A stretch of DNA of 52,924 nucleotides, from assembly GCA_018238625.1 (NCBI GenBank), contig JABCSY010000016.1:1-52924 (forward strand). Direction: 5' to 3'. Below, in pieces: positions 10,184 through 20,729 of the stretch (positions are counted from its first letter, which is position 1; every line of letters begins with the position of its first letter). Under the pieces are notes generated by a model, which searched no databases, had not been told where the DNA came from, and worked only from the letters and a program-made list of their open reading frames with translations. The stretch comes from Promethearchaeota archaeon (GTDB lineage: Archaea; Asgardarchaeota; Lokiarchaeia; Sigyniarchaeales; SOKP01). A program made the position numbers and the translations under genes.

Positions 10184-10972
10184 ATGGAGAAAATTAATGT
10201 TTATGATTTAGATGGTAAAAAAAAAAATTTAGTTGACATGCCAAGAATATTTAATATAAAACCTAGAAAAGATCTAATTCGTAAAGCAAGTGAAATTTCT
10301 TTCAGTAAAAATAAACAAGTTCAAGGGAGAAATAAGAGAGCAGGATTAAGAAATACGGCTAAGGGATGGGGCACGGGGCATGGGATCTCAAGGGCACCAC
10401 GAATAAAGGGTTCAGGGTTCCCCACAGCTCGGAATGTCGGGAGGGTTCCTTTTGCAAAAGGCGGAAGGAGGGCGCATCCGATTAAAAGTGAGAAAGTCGT
10501 AAATAAAAAAATTAATAAAAAGGTAAACAAATTATCAATAATTTCTGCGATTTCTGCTTCTGGCGATTTAGATTGGGTTAAAAATCGAGGTCATCTCATT
10601 GATAAAGTCCCAGAAATACCATTAGTAATTGATGATAAAATTCAAACTGTTAAAAAAACGAAATTAATGTATTCAATCCTCTCTGAATTAGGTTTGGAAG
10701 ATGAACTAGTTAAAGTAAAAGTAGGTAAAAAAATTAGAGGCGGAAAAGGGAAAAGAAGAGGTCGTAAATACAAAAACAAAAAAAGTATTTTAATTGTTAT
10801 AAAAGACGACTTTGGAATAGTAAAAGCTTCAAGAAATATTCCGGGAGTGGATGTTGTTAAGTTTGAAAATTTGTCAATCGCCAACCTAGCACCAGGAGGG
10901 TTGTCTGGACGATTAATTCTATGGGCTCAATCTGCTTTCAATGATTTAAAGAATTATGAGGCGATAATTTAA
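10184..10972 (+). CDS. rpl4: 50S ribosomal protein uL4
   Basis: [36 protein letters not shown]. Confidence 0.98.
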   Translation: MEKINVYDLDGKKKNLVDMPRIFNIKPRKDLIRKASEISFSKNKQVQGRNKRAGLRNTAKGWGTGHGISRAPRIKGSGFPTARNVGRVPFAKGGRRAHPIKSEKVVNKKINKKVNKLSIISAISASGDLDWVKNRGHLIDKVPEIPLVIDDKIQTVKKTKLMYSILSELGLEDELVKVKVGKKIRGGKGKRRGRKYKNKKSILIVIKDDFGIVKASRNIPGVDVVKFENLSIANLAPGGLSGRLILWAQSAFNDLKNYEAII

Positions 10973-10973
10973 A

Positions 10974-11237
10974 ATGGAAAGGTATTATAAAATTATTCAA
11001 AGACCTTTAATAACAGAAAAAACATTTGATCTAATTGAGAGAGAAAATAAATTGGTTTTTATTGTTCACAAAAGAGCTAATAAAAGTCAAATTAAACAAG
11101 CTATAGAAAAAATTCATAATGTAAAAGTTATGAAGGTTAATACAATAATAACTCCTCGAGGAGAAAAAAAAGCCTTAATTAAACTACGCTCAGATTATTC
11201 TGCTCAAGATATTGCTATTGATTTAGGAATTTTTTAA
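10974..11237 (+). CDS. rpl23: 50S ribosomal protein uL23
   Basis: [29 protein letters not shown]. Confidence 0.97.
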   Translation: MERYYKIIQRPLITEKTFDLIERENKLVFIVHKRANKSQIKQAIEKIHNVKVMKVNTIITPRGEKKALIKLRSDYSAQDIAIDLGIF

Positions 11238-12359
11238 TACATATTCATTTTTCATAACTGATAAATTAAGTTTCATAAAATCCATATAGTTCAAAGTTTT
11301 TATATTTTCCAAGAACTTTATTTTATTAAAATCTAATAACTTTTTATACTCATCCTGATTTAAAATTAAAATAATTATGAAGTATCTTGAATAGAATTTT
11401 TCTATAAGTCTTAAAATATCTTCGTGATGAAAATCTTTAAAAATTAAAAATAGAATCTTATCTTCAATCATTAAGAGATTTCGGTTCAATCTATGAAAAT
11501 TAATTTGATTCAATTTCAAAGCCTTTTCAAACTGAGTATTGAACTTTGATAACTTTTGAAAATTAAATTGACCTAAAGATAGAAATAGATTAACTCCGTT
11601 TTCTAAATTGTAATAAATCTCAGAAATGTTAACCCTCCATAAAATAGAATAAAGGAGTTTCGAATTTAATTCTATATTTTTAAATAGTTCACAATTAAAC
11701 AGAGAATTAACTTCTTTTTTGATGTCTAGTGAATTATTATTTTGTTCATATTTGATGTCGATAAAATAAGCGTGGTATTTGAGCTCTTCCTTATTATTAA
11801 CTTTTATATTAAAGATTAAAAACCCTTTCCGGTTAAAATTATTGAGTAATTTTAGTAAGTTATGCAAAGAAACGCTTTTATTTTCGAAAAAAAGGCAATT
11901 TATTTGATAAAAATGTAAAAACTTCAAATCCTCATCATGTTTTAATATTAAAGAATCTCCTAATTTCATGGTGTTAATATCTACATTAATCTTATTTGAA
12001 ATAATATGTAAAAACTGTCTTTTTAAATAACGATTTTTTAAAAACTTAGCATCTTTATCGCAGTCACTTATTTGTTGATGAATTAAACTAAAAAACTTTA
12101 CAATTCTATTTTTATCATTACCAATAAAATTTAACAAAACTAATTTTCTTCTTTTTTTAGGGATATTAATCTGAATTGAATAATAAAGCAGAAACCTTTT
12201 TTTAAGTAACTCATTAAGAACTGGAATTATTTTTAGTAGATTATTAGTCTCTATAATTGAAAAAGCTACTAATTTTTTATTTTTGTTTAAACTTTTATAA
12301 TAAACTAATTGATTCTCAACTAAAAAGGAGAGTAATTTGAACTTGCCTTTTTTAACCAT
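11223..12359 (-). CDS. hypothetical protein
   Basis: 378-aa ORF with typical composition; 3' end overlaps rpl23 by 15 nt. Confidence 0.7.
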   Translation of the reverse strand: MVKKGKFKLLSFLVENQLVYYKSLNKNKKLVAFSIIETNNLLKIIPVLNELLKKRFLLYYSIQINIPKKRRKLVLLNFIGNDKNRIVKFFSLIHQQISDCDKDAKFLKNRYLKRQFLHIISNKINVDINTMKLGDSLILKHDEDLKFLHFYQINCLFFENKSVSLHNLLKLLNNFNRKGFLIFNIKVNNKEELKYHAYFIDIKYEQNNNSLDIKKEVNSLFNCELFKNIELNSKLLYSILWRVNISEIYYNLENGVNLFLSLGQFNFQKLSKFNTQFEKALKLNQINFHRLNRNLLMIEDKILFLIFKDFHHEDILRLIEKFYSRYFIIILILNQDEYKKLLDFNKIKFLENIKTLNYMDFMKLNLSVMKNEYVLKNS

Positions 12360-12580
12360 ATCACAAAATTTATGTGTTGAAATTATAAAAACTTAGCATT
12401 TTTTTACAGATTCCAATTTAAAGAGAAATTTTAATAACTTTAAAGTTTTAAAAAAGCTAAAAAAAATTATTGGTATTATTACATAAAATTTCTTTATATG
12501 ATTAAAAATTCTATATAATAAGACTAGTTTAAAACAATATTTCTAAAAAAACCAATTAAACATCAAGAAGCGTTATTTAA

Positions 12581-13840
12581 ATGTTAGAACAAATCTTAAA
12601 TTTTATTAACAACCTAAATCCTGAGGTTGTTATTCAAGCACCATCAAGGATTAATTTAATAAATCCCTTAGATGCTGTAGAGGGGGATTTCTGGATGCCC
12701 TCTGTAGCAATTAATGGCGTAAATAATCCATTATCAGTATTTGTTTATATAAAAAGTAGGGTAGAATCTAGCTTTGTAAGATTGTATTCAATTAAAAATA
12801 TATCAGATAATATTATTGTTCAAATTGAGAAAGAAGAAGTAATTTCAAAACAGGTTTTAGAGTTTAAAAACAAATTTAATGAAGATTTTAAACTTTTTTA
12901 TGCTAGCGTCTATAGATTTATTAGAACCTCCTCTATGTTTTTGGAGAAATTTAAGAATAATAATTTTGAAATTGGTATATTAACTACTATACCTCGCCAA
13001 AGTGGGCTAGGTGGGAGTGCAGCAATAATAGTCGCTATTTTATATGGTTTTGCAAAATATTTTGGGTTATATAAAAATTTAACATGCATAAATAAAGAGG
13101 ATTTTCCAATAAATAGAGACATCATTGCAGAAATGGCAACTAAAGTTGAAGATGACGATTTAAAAATAACTGCGGGATATGGAGATCGCTATGTAATAGC
13201 TAGGGGAGGGTTAAGTTTTTGTTCTTATTATGGAAAATTGCATCATAAGGAACTTTCAATGGAACCTTTAGCAATTTATGATAGGATTGATTTAACATAC
13301 GATATTAAAAGTCTACCAATTATTATTTGTTTTTCCGGCGTATCGCATGAAAGCGGAAGCGTTCACGAGAAATTAAGAAATCTATATTTACATAAAGACC
13401 CAAAAATTTTAATTTGTTATAGAAAACTTGCAGAAATTTCCTGGAAATCCCGTTTTGCGATAATGAAACAAGATTGGAAACTGTTAGGAAAATATTTTAG
13501 AGAAAATACAGCCATCATGAATGACGTAATGAGAGATGTTGGGTTTATCCATGGAATTGGATTAGTTAATAATATTTTAATAAATTTAATTGAAGATCAT
13601 CCCGATGTTTATGCTGCAAAATTAACAGGTGCGGGAGGGGGAGGATCTGTATTTGCTTTAGTAAACCCAGAGAAAATCAATAAAGTCCTACATGATTGGA
13701 AGTATAATTTAAATGATGTAATAGATAATGAAGAAATCTTCCGCTCACATTTCCCCTTGCATCCTTTAAAAATAAGACAAAAGTTAAAGAAAGCTCAATT
13801 TTTTAGAATAAAAATAGTTTCTGGAGTGAAAAAGTTATAA
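12581..13840 (+). CDS. GHMP-family sugar kinase (glucuronokinase-like)
   Basis: PSRINLINPLD, IPRQSGLGGSAA, AGYGDRY, AKLTGAGGGG. Confidence 0.85.
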   Translation: MLEQILNFINNLNPEVVIQAPSRINLINPLDAVEGDFWMPSVAINGVNNPLSVFVYIKSRVESSFVRLYSIKNISDNIIVQIEKEEVISKQVLEFKNKFNEDFKLFYASVYRFIRTSSMFLEKFKNNNFEIGILTTIPRQSGLGGSAAIIVAILYGFAKYFGLYKNLTCINKEDFPINRDIIAEMATKVEDDDLKITAGYGDRYVIARGGLSFCSYYGKLHHKELSMEPLAIYDRIDLTYDIKSLPIIICFSGVSHESGSVHEKLRNLYLHKDPKILICYRKLAEISWKSRFAIMKQDWKLLGKYFRENTAIMNDVMRDVGFIHGIGLVNNILINLIEDHPDVYAAKLTGAGGGGSVFALVNPEKINKVLHDWKYNLNDVIDNEEIFRSHFPLHPLKIRQKLKKAQFFRIKIVSGVKKL

Positions 13841-13885
13841 TTTATCACTTACATAAATTAAATAATACTTGTTTGGAGAATTAAA

Positions 13886-14071
13886 TTGAGTAAATACGAA
13901 AGATACAAAAAGAAGTCAGAAGAATACATTTTCCCACATAAGCATTGTAAAAAGTGCGACCAAATTATTGAAGAGGGTATTACTTATTGTTCTGATTGCT
14001 ATAAGAAAACACAAGAAAAAAAAAAATGGTATAAGTGGAAAAGAAAGAAAAAAACTAAGGAATCTGATTAG
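13886..14071 (+). CDS. DUF2116-like Zn-ribbon protein
   Basis: PHKHCKKC...YCSDC with basic tail. Confidence 0.7.
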   Translation: MSKYERYKKKSEEYIFPHKHCKKCDQIIEEGITYCSDCYKKTQEKKKWYKWKRKKKTKESD

Positions 14072-14089
14072 ATTAAAATTATTTTTTCC

Positions 14090-15817
14090 TTATCTATTAT
14101 TTTCATCGAGTATTTGATTTAATCTCTTTAAAAACCAAGTTTTATCTAGCATCAATAAAAAAGATCCTAATCGGGGTCCAAACTTTTTTCCTAGTAAGAT
14201 TAAGTAAAATGCTTCAAACATTTTTCTTGCTGGAATCATTTGTTCTTCTTTAGCTATTGTAAAAATCCTATTTTGAATTGAATCAGCATCAAGATCATTA
14301 TTTTGCATATAATAAGATCTAAACAAGATTAAGCCTCCTAATTGTTTTTCACTTAAGGTTTTAATGAGGTCGTTATCTACTGTTTCGGGAATCGTAAAAA
14401 TTTCAATTTTGCTTAAAATATTTTTTTTAACCTTTTCATCTTTTATACTCTCAATTAATATTTTAACTTCACTAATCCAATTTTCCGTTCTTTTTAAAAG
14501 GATTTTAAATTCATCTATCGAAATAGCGTTTTGACTTTTCTTATCTCTTAAAGTTGTTATTCCCTTTTCATATAATTTTTCTAAACTCAATATATTTTGC
14601 ATTTGGGAAAGAAAGATTAAGAGTTTTAATGGTGTTCTTAATGGTTTTGTATCGAGAATATCATTAACTTTGGTTAATGGATAGAGATATTTATAAAAAT
14701 TAAATTCTTTCTTAGATTCGGGTTGTTCGAGAGAATAAAATATATTTTCCATTTTTTCGTAATAATCATAATATTGAGGTATCTCTTCAATTCTTAAAGA
14801 TATATGTTTCATAGGGTTTGTTCTTAAGATTAACATTCTATAAAGTTCTGGATCTGCTAATTCTAAATATTTTTGTGGAGTAAAAACTATACCCTTTGAC
14901 GTTTTCATATCTCGTTTCCCTAATCTTAACCATTCATAGGGAAGTTTTATTGGTCCCTCATATTTAAAAATTTTTTGCGATATTTCTAACCCAGTATCGT
15001 ATGCGCCTCCTTTTACGCTATGATCTTTTCCCGCGGGTTCACAAGTAACTTTTAATAATGCCCATTTAGCTGGCCAATCGACACGCCAATTTAATTTTAG
15101 CTTCCCACTATAAATGGACACTCTTCCCTCATAACCACATGCAGGACATTTATATATGACCTCTTGTTCTTTATTTAAATATTTTATTACCCTATTAGGG
15201 AGTATTGTGCCATCTTTGGCACGACCTTGTATTTTTTCACATTTATCGCAAATCACCATTGCAGGTATCCATGTTTTTTGCGTTTCTTTGAATAATTTTT
15301 TCCGCTCATCATCTAAAGTAGGTAGAATATATTTCTTTAAAATCTCCTTAATTTGGTTTGTATTATCTAGAGAAATCTTTATTTTTTCTTGCATTTCTTT
15401 TTTTTGATACAACCCATAAGCCCATATAATTTCATTCTTTATGCCAAAATCCTTAAATGTGGAAATTAACTCATTTCCAAAATGTGTTCCATAACTCTCA
15501 CATCCACAATCTTCAAAAGGACAGGGTATTAAAGCAAAAGGTTTTCCTAAATACTCTTTCTGAAACGCCTTATCGATATAATATGGGAACCTTTTAGCTG
15601 CATCAAAATCATCCATAAAGAGAAAAGAATTGATTTTTGAGCCCGTTCCCTCAAAAACTCTTCTTAAAGCGTCGCAAATAATTATTTCTCTCAAAATTCC
15701 GATATGAACATGTCCTGAAGGGGTTTTTCCAGTAGAAAATGTTAATTCTGTTAAATTCCTTTCAGAAATTTTGTCCACTGTTTCTTCTAGCCAATGTACT
15801 AATAATTTATTTACCAA
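14090..15817 (-). CDS. lysS: class I lysyl-tRNA synthetase
   Basis: TPSGHVHIG (HIGH-type), KLNWRVDWPAKW, GKDH, MKTSKG (KMSKS-type), GPRLG. Confidence 0.96.
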   Translation of the reverse strand: MVNKLLVHWLEETVDKISERNLTELTFSTGKTPSGHVHIGILREIIICDALRRVFEGTGSKINSFLFMDDFDAAKRFPYYIDKAFQKEYLGKPFALIPCPFEDCGCESYGTHFGNELISTFKDFGIKNEIIWAYGLYQKKEMQEKIKISLDNTNQIKEILKKYILPTLDDERKKLFKETQKTWIPAMVICDKCEKIQGRAKDGTILPNRVIKYLNKEQEVIYKCPACGYEGRVSIYSGKLKLNWRVDWPAKWALLKVTCEPAGKDHSVKGGAYDTGLEISQKIFKYEGPIKLPYEWLRLGKRDMKTSKGIVFTPQKYLELADPELYRMLILRTNPMKHISLRIEEIPQYYDYYEKMENIFYSLEQPESKKEFNFYKYLYPLTKVNDILDTKPLRTPLKLLIFLSQMQNILSLEKLYEKGITTLRDKKSQNAISIDEFKILLKRTENWISEVKILIESIKDEKVKKNILSKIEIFTIPETVDNDLIKTLSEKQLGGLILFRSYYMQNNDLDADSIQNRIFTIAKEEQMIPARKMFEAFYLILLGKKFGPRLGSFLLMLDKTWFLKRLNQILDENNR

Positions 15818-15903
15818 ATTATTTCACTAATTAATTAAACCTAAGCCGAGTAAATGATAAAAATTATTTATCATTTATTATTTTAAAAAGTGGTGAAAAA
15901 GTT

Positions 15904-17706
15904 TTGAGAATCGCTGTACTTAATAAAGATCGCTGTAAACCTGATAAATGTAGCCCTTTTGGGGAAAAACCATGTATTAAATATTGTCCAAAGGTAAGAA
16001 CTGGAGAGAAAACAATAGAATTGAGCTCGGACGGGAAAAATGTACTAATAACAGAGAGTCTATGTACTGGGTGTGGAATTTGTATAAAAAAATGTCCTTT
16101 TAATGCAATAAACATTGTTAATTTACCAGATCCATTAAAAAACCAAATGACTTATCGATATGGTCCAGATCAATTTACCTTATTTAGAATGGCCATTCCT
16201 AAGAAAGGGAAGGTACTGGGGTTAATAGGTCAAAATGGGATAGGGAAAAGTACTATGTTAAATATATTATCGGGAGAATTAAAAATGAATCTTGGAAGGT
16301 TTAACGATGAAGTTCCAAGTGATGATAACATAATTAACTTCTTTAAAGGCTCAGAATTGCAGCAGTATTTTATTGAGTTGTTTACTAATAAATCCAAGGT
16401 TGTTCAAAAACCTCAAAATATTACTCTTATACCTAAATATGTTACCGGAAAAGTTTATAATTTATTAAAAAAAAACGACCTTAATGATCGTTTAGATACA
16501 ATTGTTAAACAACTCAACCTTAATGAAATCTTAGATAGAAGCGTATCTGTTTTATCGGGTGGTGAGTTGCAAAGGGTTGCCATTGCTGCTGCTTATCTCA
16601 AAGATGCAGATGTATATCTTATTGACGAACCTAGTTCTTATTTAGATGTTAGTGAAAGAATTAACATGGCTAAATTGATTAGATCCCTTACGGATAACAA
16701 TAAAACCGTTGTAGTTGTTGAACACGACTTAGCAATATTAGACTACTTAAGCGATTATATATCCCTACTATATGGAGTTCCCGGATCGTATGGAATTATA
16801 TCACACCCTCAAGGCGTAAGAGTAGGCATCAATATTTATTTAAACGGGTATATTAAAGATGAAAATGTGAGAATTCGAAATGAACCAATTCGATTTCATG
16901 AAAGACCACCTATAAATTCCTCATTTGATTCTGGAGCTATTGTACTCTCCTATGAAGACTTAGAAAAAACATTAGGTGATTTCCATCTAACCGTAGATGG
17001 GAGCGAGATCCATGCTGGCGAAATTATAGGTATTCTTGGTGCTAATGGAATTGGTAAATCTACATTTATCGATTTGTTAGCAAATCAAATCAAATCTAAT
17101 ATTGAAAACGCTGAGAGTAAAAAGTTAAAAGTCTCAATTAAACCTCAATATATTAAAATAATAGAATCAAAAATTGTTTCTGAAATCATCAATCAGATTA
17201 GACTGGCTCCGTATTTAAGCCAACCATATAAAAAGAGATTAATAAATGGATTAAAACTAGAGGAAATTAAAAATCGAAGGATTTCTGAATTAAGTGGCGG
17301 CGAATTACAAAGAGTTGCTATAGCTAATTGTTTATCAACTGAAGCTGATATTTACTTGTTAGACGAACCATCTGCTTTTTTAGATGTTGAAATGAGATTA
17401 CAAGTAGCTCAACTATTAAGAAAATCCATTGAAGAATTAAAGAAATCAGCATTTGTAGTCGAACATGATATTATAACCCAAGATTTTATAGCAGATTCAA
17501 TTTTAGTATTTGAAGGCATACCTGGATTAGAAGGTAAGGCTTTTGCCCCTTTAGATTTAAGAGAAGGATTTAATTTATTTTTGAAATTGATGGGAATCAC
17601 TTTTAGAAGAGAAGAATTGACGAAACGACCTCGAATTAATAAAGTTGGTAGTACTAAAGACGCCTATCAAAAAAGAATTAATGAATATTATTATATTCCT
17701 AAATAG
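15904..17706 (+). CDS. rli1: ribosome recycling ATPase ABCE1/RLI1
   Basis: N-terminal FeS domain (C..C..C..CP; CTGCGICIKKCP) and two ABC cassettes with LSGGELQR. Confidence 0.97.
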   Translation: MRIAVLNKDRCKPDKCSPFGEKPCIKYCPKVRTGEKTIELSSDGKNVLITESLCTGCGICIKKCPFNAINIVNLPDPLKNQMTYRYGPDQFTLFRMAIPKKGKVLGLIGQNGIGKSTMLNILSGELKMNLGRFNDEVPSDDNIINFFKGSELQQYFIELFTNKSKVVQKPQNITLIPKYVTGKVYNLLKKNDLNDRLDTIVKQLNLNEILDRSVSVLSGGELQRVAIAAAYLKDADVYLIDEPSSYLDVSERINMAKLIRSLTDNNKTVVVVEHDLAILDYLSDYISLLYGVPGSYGIISHPQGVRVGINIYLNGYIKDENVRIRNEPIRFHERPPINSSFDSGAIVLSYEDLEKTLGDFHLTVDGSEIHAGEIIGILGANGIGKSTFIDLLANQIKSNIENAESKKLKVSIKPQYIKIIESKIVSEIINQIRLAPYLSQPYKKRLINGLKLEEIKNRRISELSGGELQRVAIANCLSTEADIYLLDEPSAFLDVEMRLQVAQLLRKSIEELKKSAFVVEHDIITQDFIADSILVFEGIPGLEGKAFAPLDLREGFNLFLKLMGITFRREELTKRPRINKVGSTKDAYQKRINEYYYIPK

Positions 17707-17986
17707 TAGTTAAAAATTCATAAAATTAGTCTAAATATAATAAAATTAGTGTACTCCTATTTTTCCACTGCAAAATCTTTAGCTTTGATGATCATTTATT
17801 TTAATAAATTAATTCTTTAATAGGATAATTTAAATATCAATGAGTAATTAAAAACTGGGGCTGCTTCATAATATACACACACAATTTTTTTACTGTTTAA
17901 TAATTAAAATTTGCAATGGAAATTTTGGAGCTTTTAATAATATTATTAAACTTTTAATAAATAATTAAAAAAATAATTTTAATAAT

Positions 17987-18235
17987 CTAATTCTTTAGTT
18001 TCCAAAAAACTAAGGGTCTACCTCTCATTCCATTATTCCTTGAAAACTTTTCGATAAACTTCCTTTTTTGCAATTTAAGTAAGTTGTCATATATGGTCGT
18101 TCTTGGAGTATTTAGCTCTTTAACTAAAGCTTTACGTGTATGTGGTCCACCATTTTGTAATGTTTTAATCAAATTATTTTGAATTGGTGTTAAATAATCT
18201 TTAGATCCAAAATTTAATTCTGTTTTATTAGCCAT
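17987..18235 (-). CDS. winged-HTH DNA-binding protein (TrmB-like HTH)
   Basis: LNTPRTTIYDNLLKL...GRP..FW. Confidence 0.75.
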   Translation of the reverse strand: MANKTELNFGSKDYLTPIQNNLIKTLQNGGPHTRKALVKELNTPRTTIYDNLLKLQKRKFIEKFSRNNGMRGRPLVFWKLKN

Positions 18236-18265
18236 AATTTATTCCTCCAATAATTTATTTTTGAA

Positions 18266-18325
18266 CATTGGTACTAACTGACAATTTATCGACAATTTAT
18301 CGACATTTTAACCTAAATACCAATG
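18266..18325. repeat. 11-bp tandem repeat (GACAATTTATC x2 plus partial) flanked by 8-bp inverted repeat CATTGGTA/TACCAATG
   Basis: Units at 18280-18290, 18291-18301 and 18302-18310 (degenerate); IR arms at 18266-18273 and 18318-18325. Confidence 0.7.
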
Positions 18326-18462
18326 CCTAGTTCTATGATATATTATAGTATCGAGTTTTATATAAAGATGCTTATTTATGCGTTATTATCATCAATTAAC
18401 ATAAATTTAAAAACGACAAAAATAATGTAATAATTGTAAATTAAAATCTTTAAATTACTAAA

Positions 18463-18837
18463 ATGACTGAAACAACGAGAACAACGGTTACTTTAAGTAA
18501 AATTAGCATGAACCAAGTAAAAGAATTAGTTGGTGTTTTTGGAAGTACTCCTGCTTCAGTAATCAGCAGGATCGTAGAACATTTTTTTGACTATGGTAAA
18601 TTTGATGATGTTATAGAAAAAATGAAAGCAAAGAAGAGAGAGCTATTTCCTCCTGATGATATTACCATTAATAATAAAATTAAGAATTTATTTAAAGGAG
18701 TAAATAAAATACCCTTTGAAGATTTTGTTGATTTTTTACAAGTAGATAGAAAATATGTATTAGAAAGTATTCATATTTGGACAGAAAGATACAATATTAA
18801 AATTATTGAAAATTTAGTTATTAAAAATTCTGATTGA
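18463..18837 (+). CDS. hypothetical protein with possible ribbon-helix-helix N-terminus
   Basis: RTTVTLS strand followed by two helices; divergent from the wHTH gene. Confidence 0.6.
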   Translation: MTETTRTTVTLSKISMNQVKELVGVFGSTPASVISRIVEHFFDYGKFDDVIEKMKAKKRELFPPDDITINNKIKNLFKGVNKIPFEDFVDFLQVDRKYVLESIHIWTERYNIKIIENLVIKNSD

Positions 18838-18904
18838 AATTTTCATATCTTCTTTTATTAGATTGAAATTTGATCCAAACTGAATGCAATTTTAAGGCTA
18901 TATT

Positions 18905-19129
18905 TTATGTAATAACAGCACCAAATTCTTCCCAAAAATTTCTAGATAGATCTAATGGCCACTCTAATAAAGAAGTCATAACTCCAACAATAATAAAAAA
19001 AATGAATAAAGCTAACCCAATTAATAAAGCGTATTCTAGAAGATTTCCACCATACTCGTCTAAAAAGTATTCCTTTAATTTGTTTTTTAAGATTTTATGA
19101 AATTTCTTAATGAAAACTCTTTTTTTCAT
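18905..19129 (-). CDS. Flp/Fap-type (type IVc) prepilin
   Basis: Basic leader, then FLDEYG|GNLLEYALLIGLALFIFFIIVG: Gly -1, Glu +5, Tyr +6; short mature chain. Confidence 0.8.
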   Translation of the reverse strand: MKKRVFIKKFHKILKNKLKEYFLDEYGGNLLEYALLIGLALFIFFIIVGVMTSLLEWPLDLSRNFWEEFGAVIT

Positions 19130-19205
19130 GGTTTAAAACTAATTATTTTTATAAAAGAGTGATAAAATATCTTTTTAAACTAAACTAATTATTTATCTAT
19201 ACTAC

Positions 19206-19649
19206 TTATCCATTAATAACTCTTAATATTTGATTGAGTTCATCTTCTTTAGCTTGGCTTTTTGGGATAAATATTTTAAGTTTTCCATCTTCATTGCTTC
19301 TAGGAATAATATGAACATGAAAATGGTTAACAACTTGACCAGCTGCCCTAAAATTATTTTGGAGAATATTATAACCATCAACTTGTAATTTTTTACGGAT
19401 TAATATAGATACTTTTTTAACTATTTCGAATAATTCTGACAATTCATTATCAGGAATATCTTCTAAATTTTTATAGTGGTTTTTAGGAATAACAATTGTG
19501 TGACCTTTTGAAATAGGAAAAATGTCTAAAAAAGCCAAATTCTTATCATTTTCAAATAAAACTTTCGAGGGAATACTTTTATCAACAATTTTGCAAAAAA
19601 CGCATTTATCGTCTTTTATCATTCCATTCACTCTGTATTTTCGATCCAC
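19206..19649 (-). CDS. HIT family nucleotide hydrolase
   Basis: CVFCKI, AFLDIFP, GHTIVIPK, AGQVVNHFHVHIIPR. Confidence 0.95.
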   Translation of the reverse strand: MDRKYRVNGMIKDDKCVFCKIVDKSIPSKVLFENDKNLAFLDIFPISKGHTIVIPKNHYKNLEDIPDNELSELFEIVKKVSILIRKKLQVDGYNILQNNFRAAGQVVNHFHVHIIPRSNEDGKLKIFIPKSQAKEDELNQILRVING

Positions 19650-19738
19650 ACGAATAAATTTTTTTATTAATTTTTAAAAAACCTCCACAGACTTTTAATT
19701 TTTGTAGTTTTCAAAAGTTTCAATTAATGCCTTAAAGG

Positions 19739-20566
19739 TTGGTGGTTAATATGATTTTTGATGAGATTAAAAGCATAATAGAAAAACATTTATCTCCAAG
19801 ATTATATAGGATAAATTCCGAAAATTATGGGTTACATTACGGTCAAGTCAGTAAAAAAAAGTTCATTAAAAGAATAATGTTTTCAGTTGATTTAAGTTTA
19901 GAATCAATTCATTATGCAATCAAAAATAAAGTCAATCTAATTATTTCACTTTACGGCCTTACTAGTGAACCAATTAAAAATTTTAACCAATTATTGATAA
20001 ATAAATTAACTTTGCTTTCTAAATATCCAACATTAGTATTTGTACTAAGTTCATCTTTTATTGCTGCAGAAGGTGGAATTTCAGAAACTATTATGGAAGC
20101 CCTATATTTAAAATTGGATAGCCCCTTTAATGTTGAGAATGATAAAGGCGAGATCGTTCCTATCGGGAGGATTTGTTTACCAAACTTATACACAAAAACA
20201 AAAAAAGCATTAAACTTAGACAATTTACTAAATAGGATCAAATCAAATCTACAAATAGAACAGGTTTCATTTGTAGGCGATTCAAGTGCAGAAGTCAATA
20301 GAATTTGTATTGTAGGCGGGGAAATAACGGATTTAAATTACTTAAGAAGAGCTTTAAAGCATGGGTGTGATTGCTATCTTTCAGGAAATATAAATCATAA
20401 TTTTGCAGATTTCGCTAGAGAATCAGGCCTAAAATTAATTCAGATCCCTCTTTACAATTGTCAAACGATAGCATTGAGAAAAATGTATAATTTTTTGAGT
20501 TTAGAATTTCCACACGATGAGTTCTATTTTTATGACTCAAAAAATCCTGTTAAAATTCATAACTAA
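19739..20566 (+). CDS. NIF3/YbgI-like protein with degenerate metal ligands
   Basis: ENYGL..G, SVDLS, PIGRI, VNRICIVGG, YLSG, ARESG; usual His motifs replaced. Confidence 0.75.
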   Translation: MVVNMIFDEIKSIIEKHLSPRLYRINSENYGLHYGQVSKKKFIKRIMFSVDLSLESIHYAIKNKVNLIISLYGLTSEPIKNFNQLLINKLTLLSKYPTLVFVLSSSFIAAEGGISETIMEALYLKLDSPFNVENDKGEIVPIGRICLPNLYTKTKKALNLDNLLNRIKSNLQIEQVSFVGDSSAEVNRICIVGGEITDLNYLRRALKHGCDCYLSGNINHNFADFARESGLKLIQIPLYNCQTIALRKMYNFLSLEFPHDEFYFYDSKNPVKIHN

Positions 20567-20729
20567 ACGAGATTTCTAGTTTTTTTCTTAATATTTAGGA
20601 TGAAATAATTCCAATATTAATAAAAAGAATCCATTAGAAATTAATAAATAAATTAAATTTAAATGGTTAAAATTTTACATTCTTTTTAGTTTTAACATAA
20701 AATGAAATTATTTAAAAAGATGAAAAATA

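Noticed and set aside
17707-17986. Possible ncRNA in the ABCE1-wHTH spacer (TGATGA C-box-like motif)
   Set aside because: No matching D box or convincing structure found.
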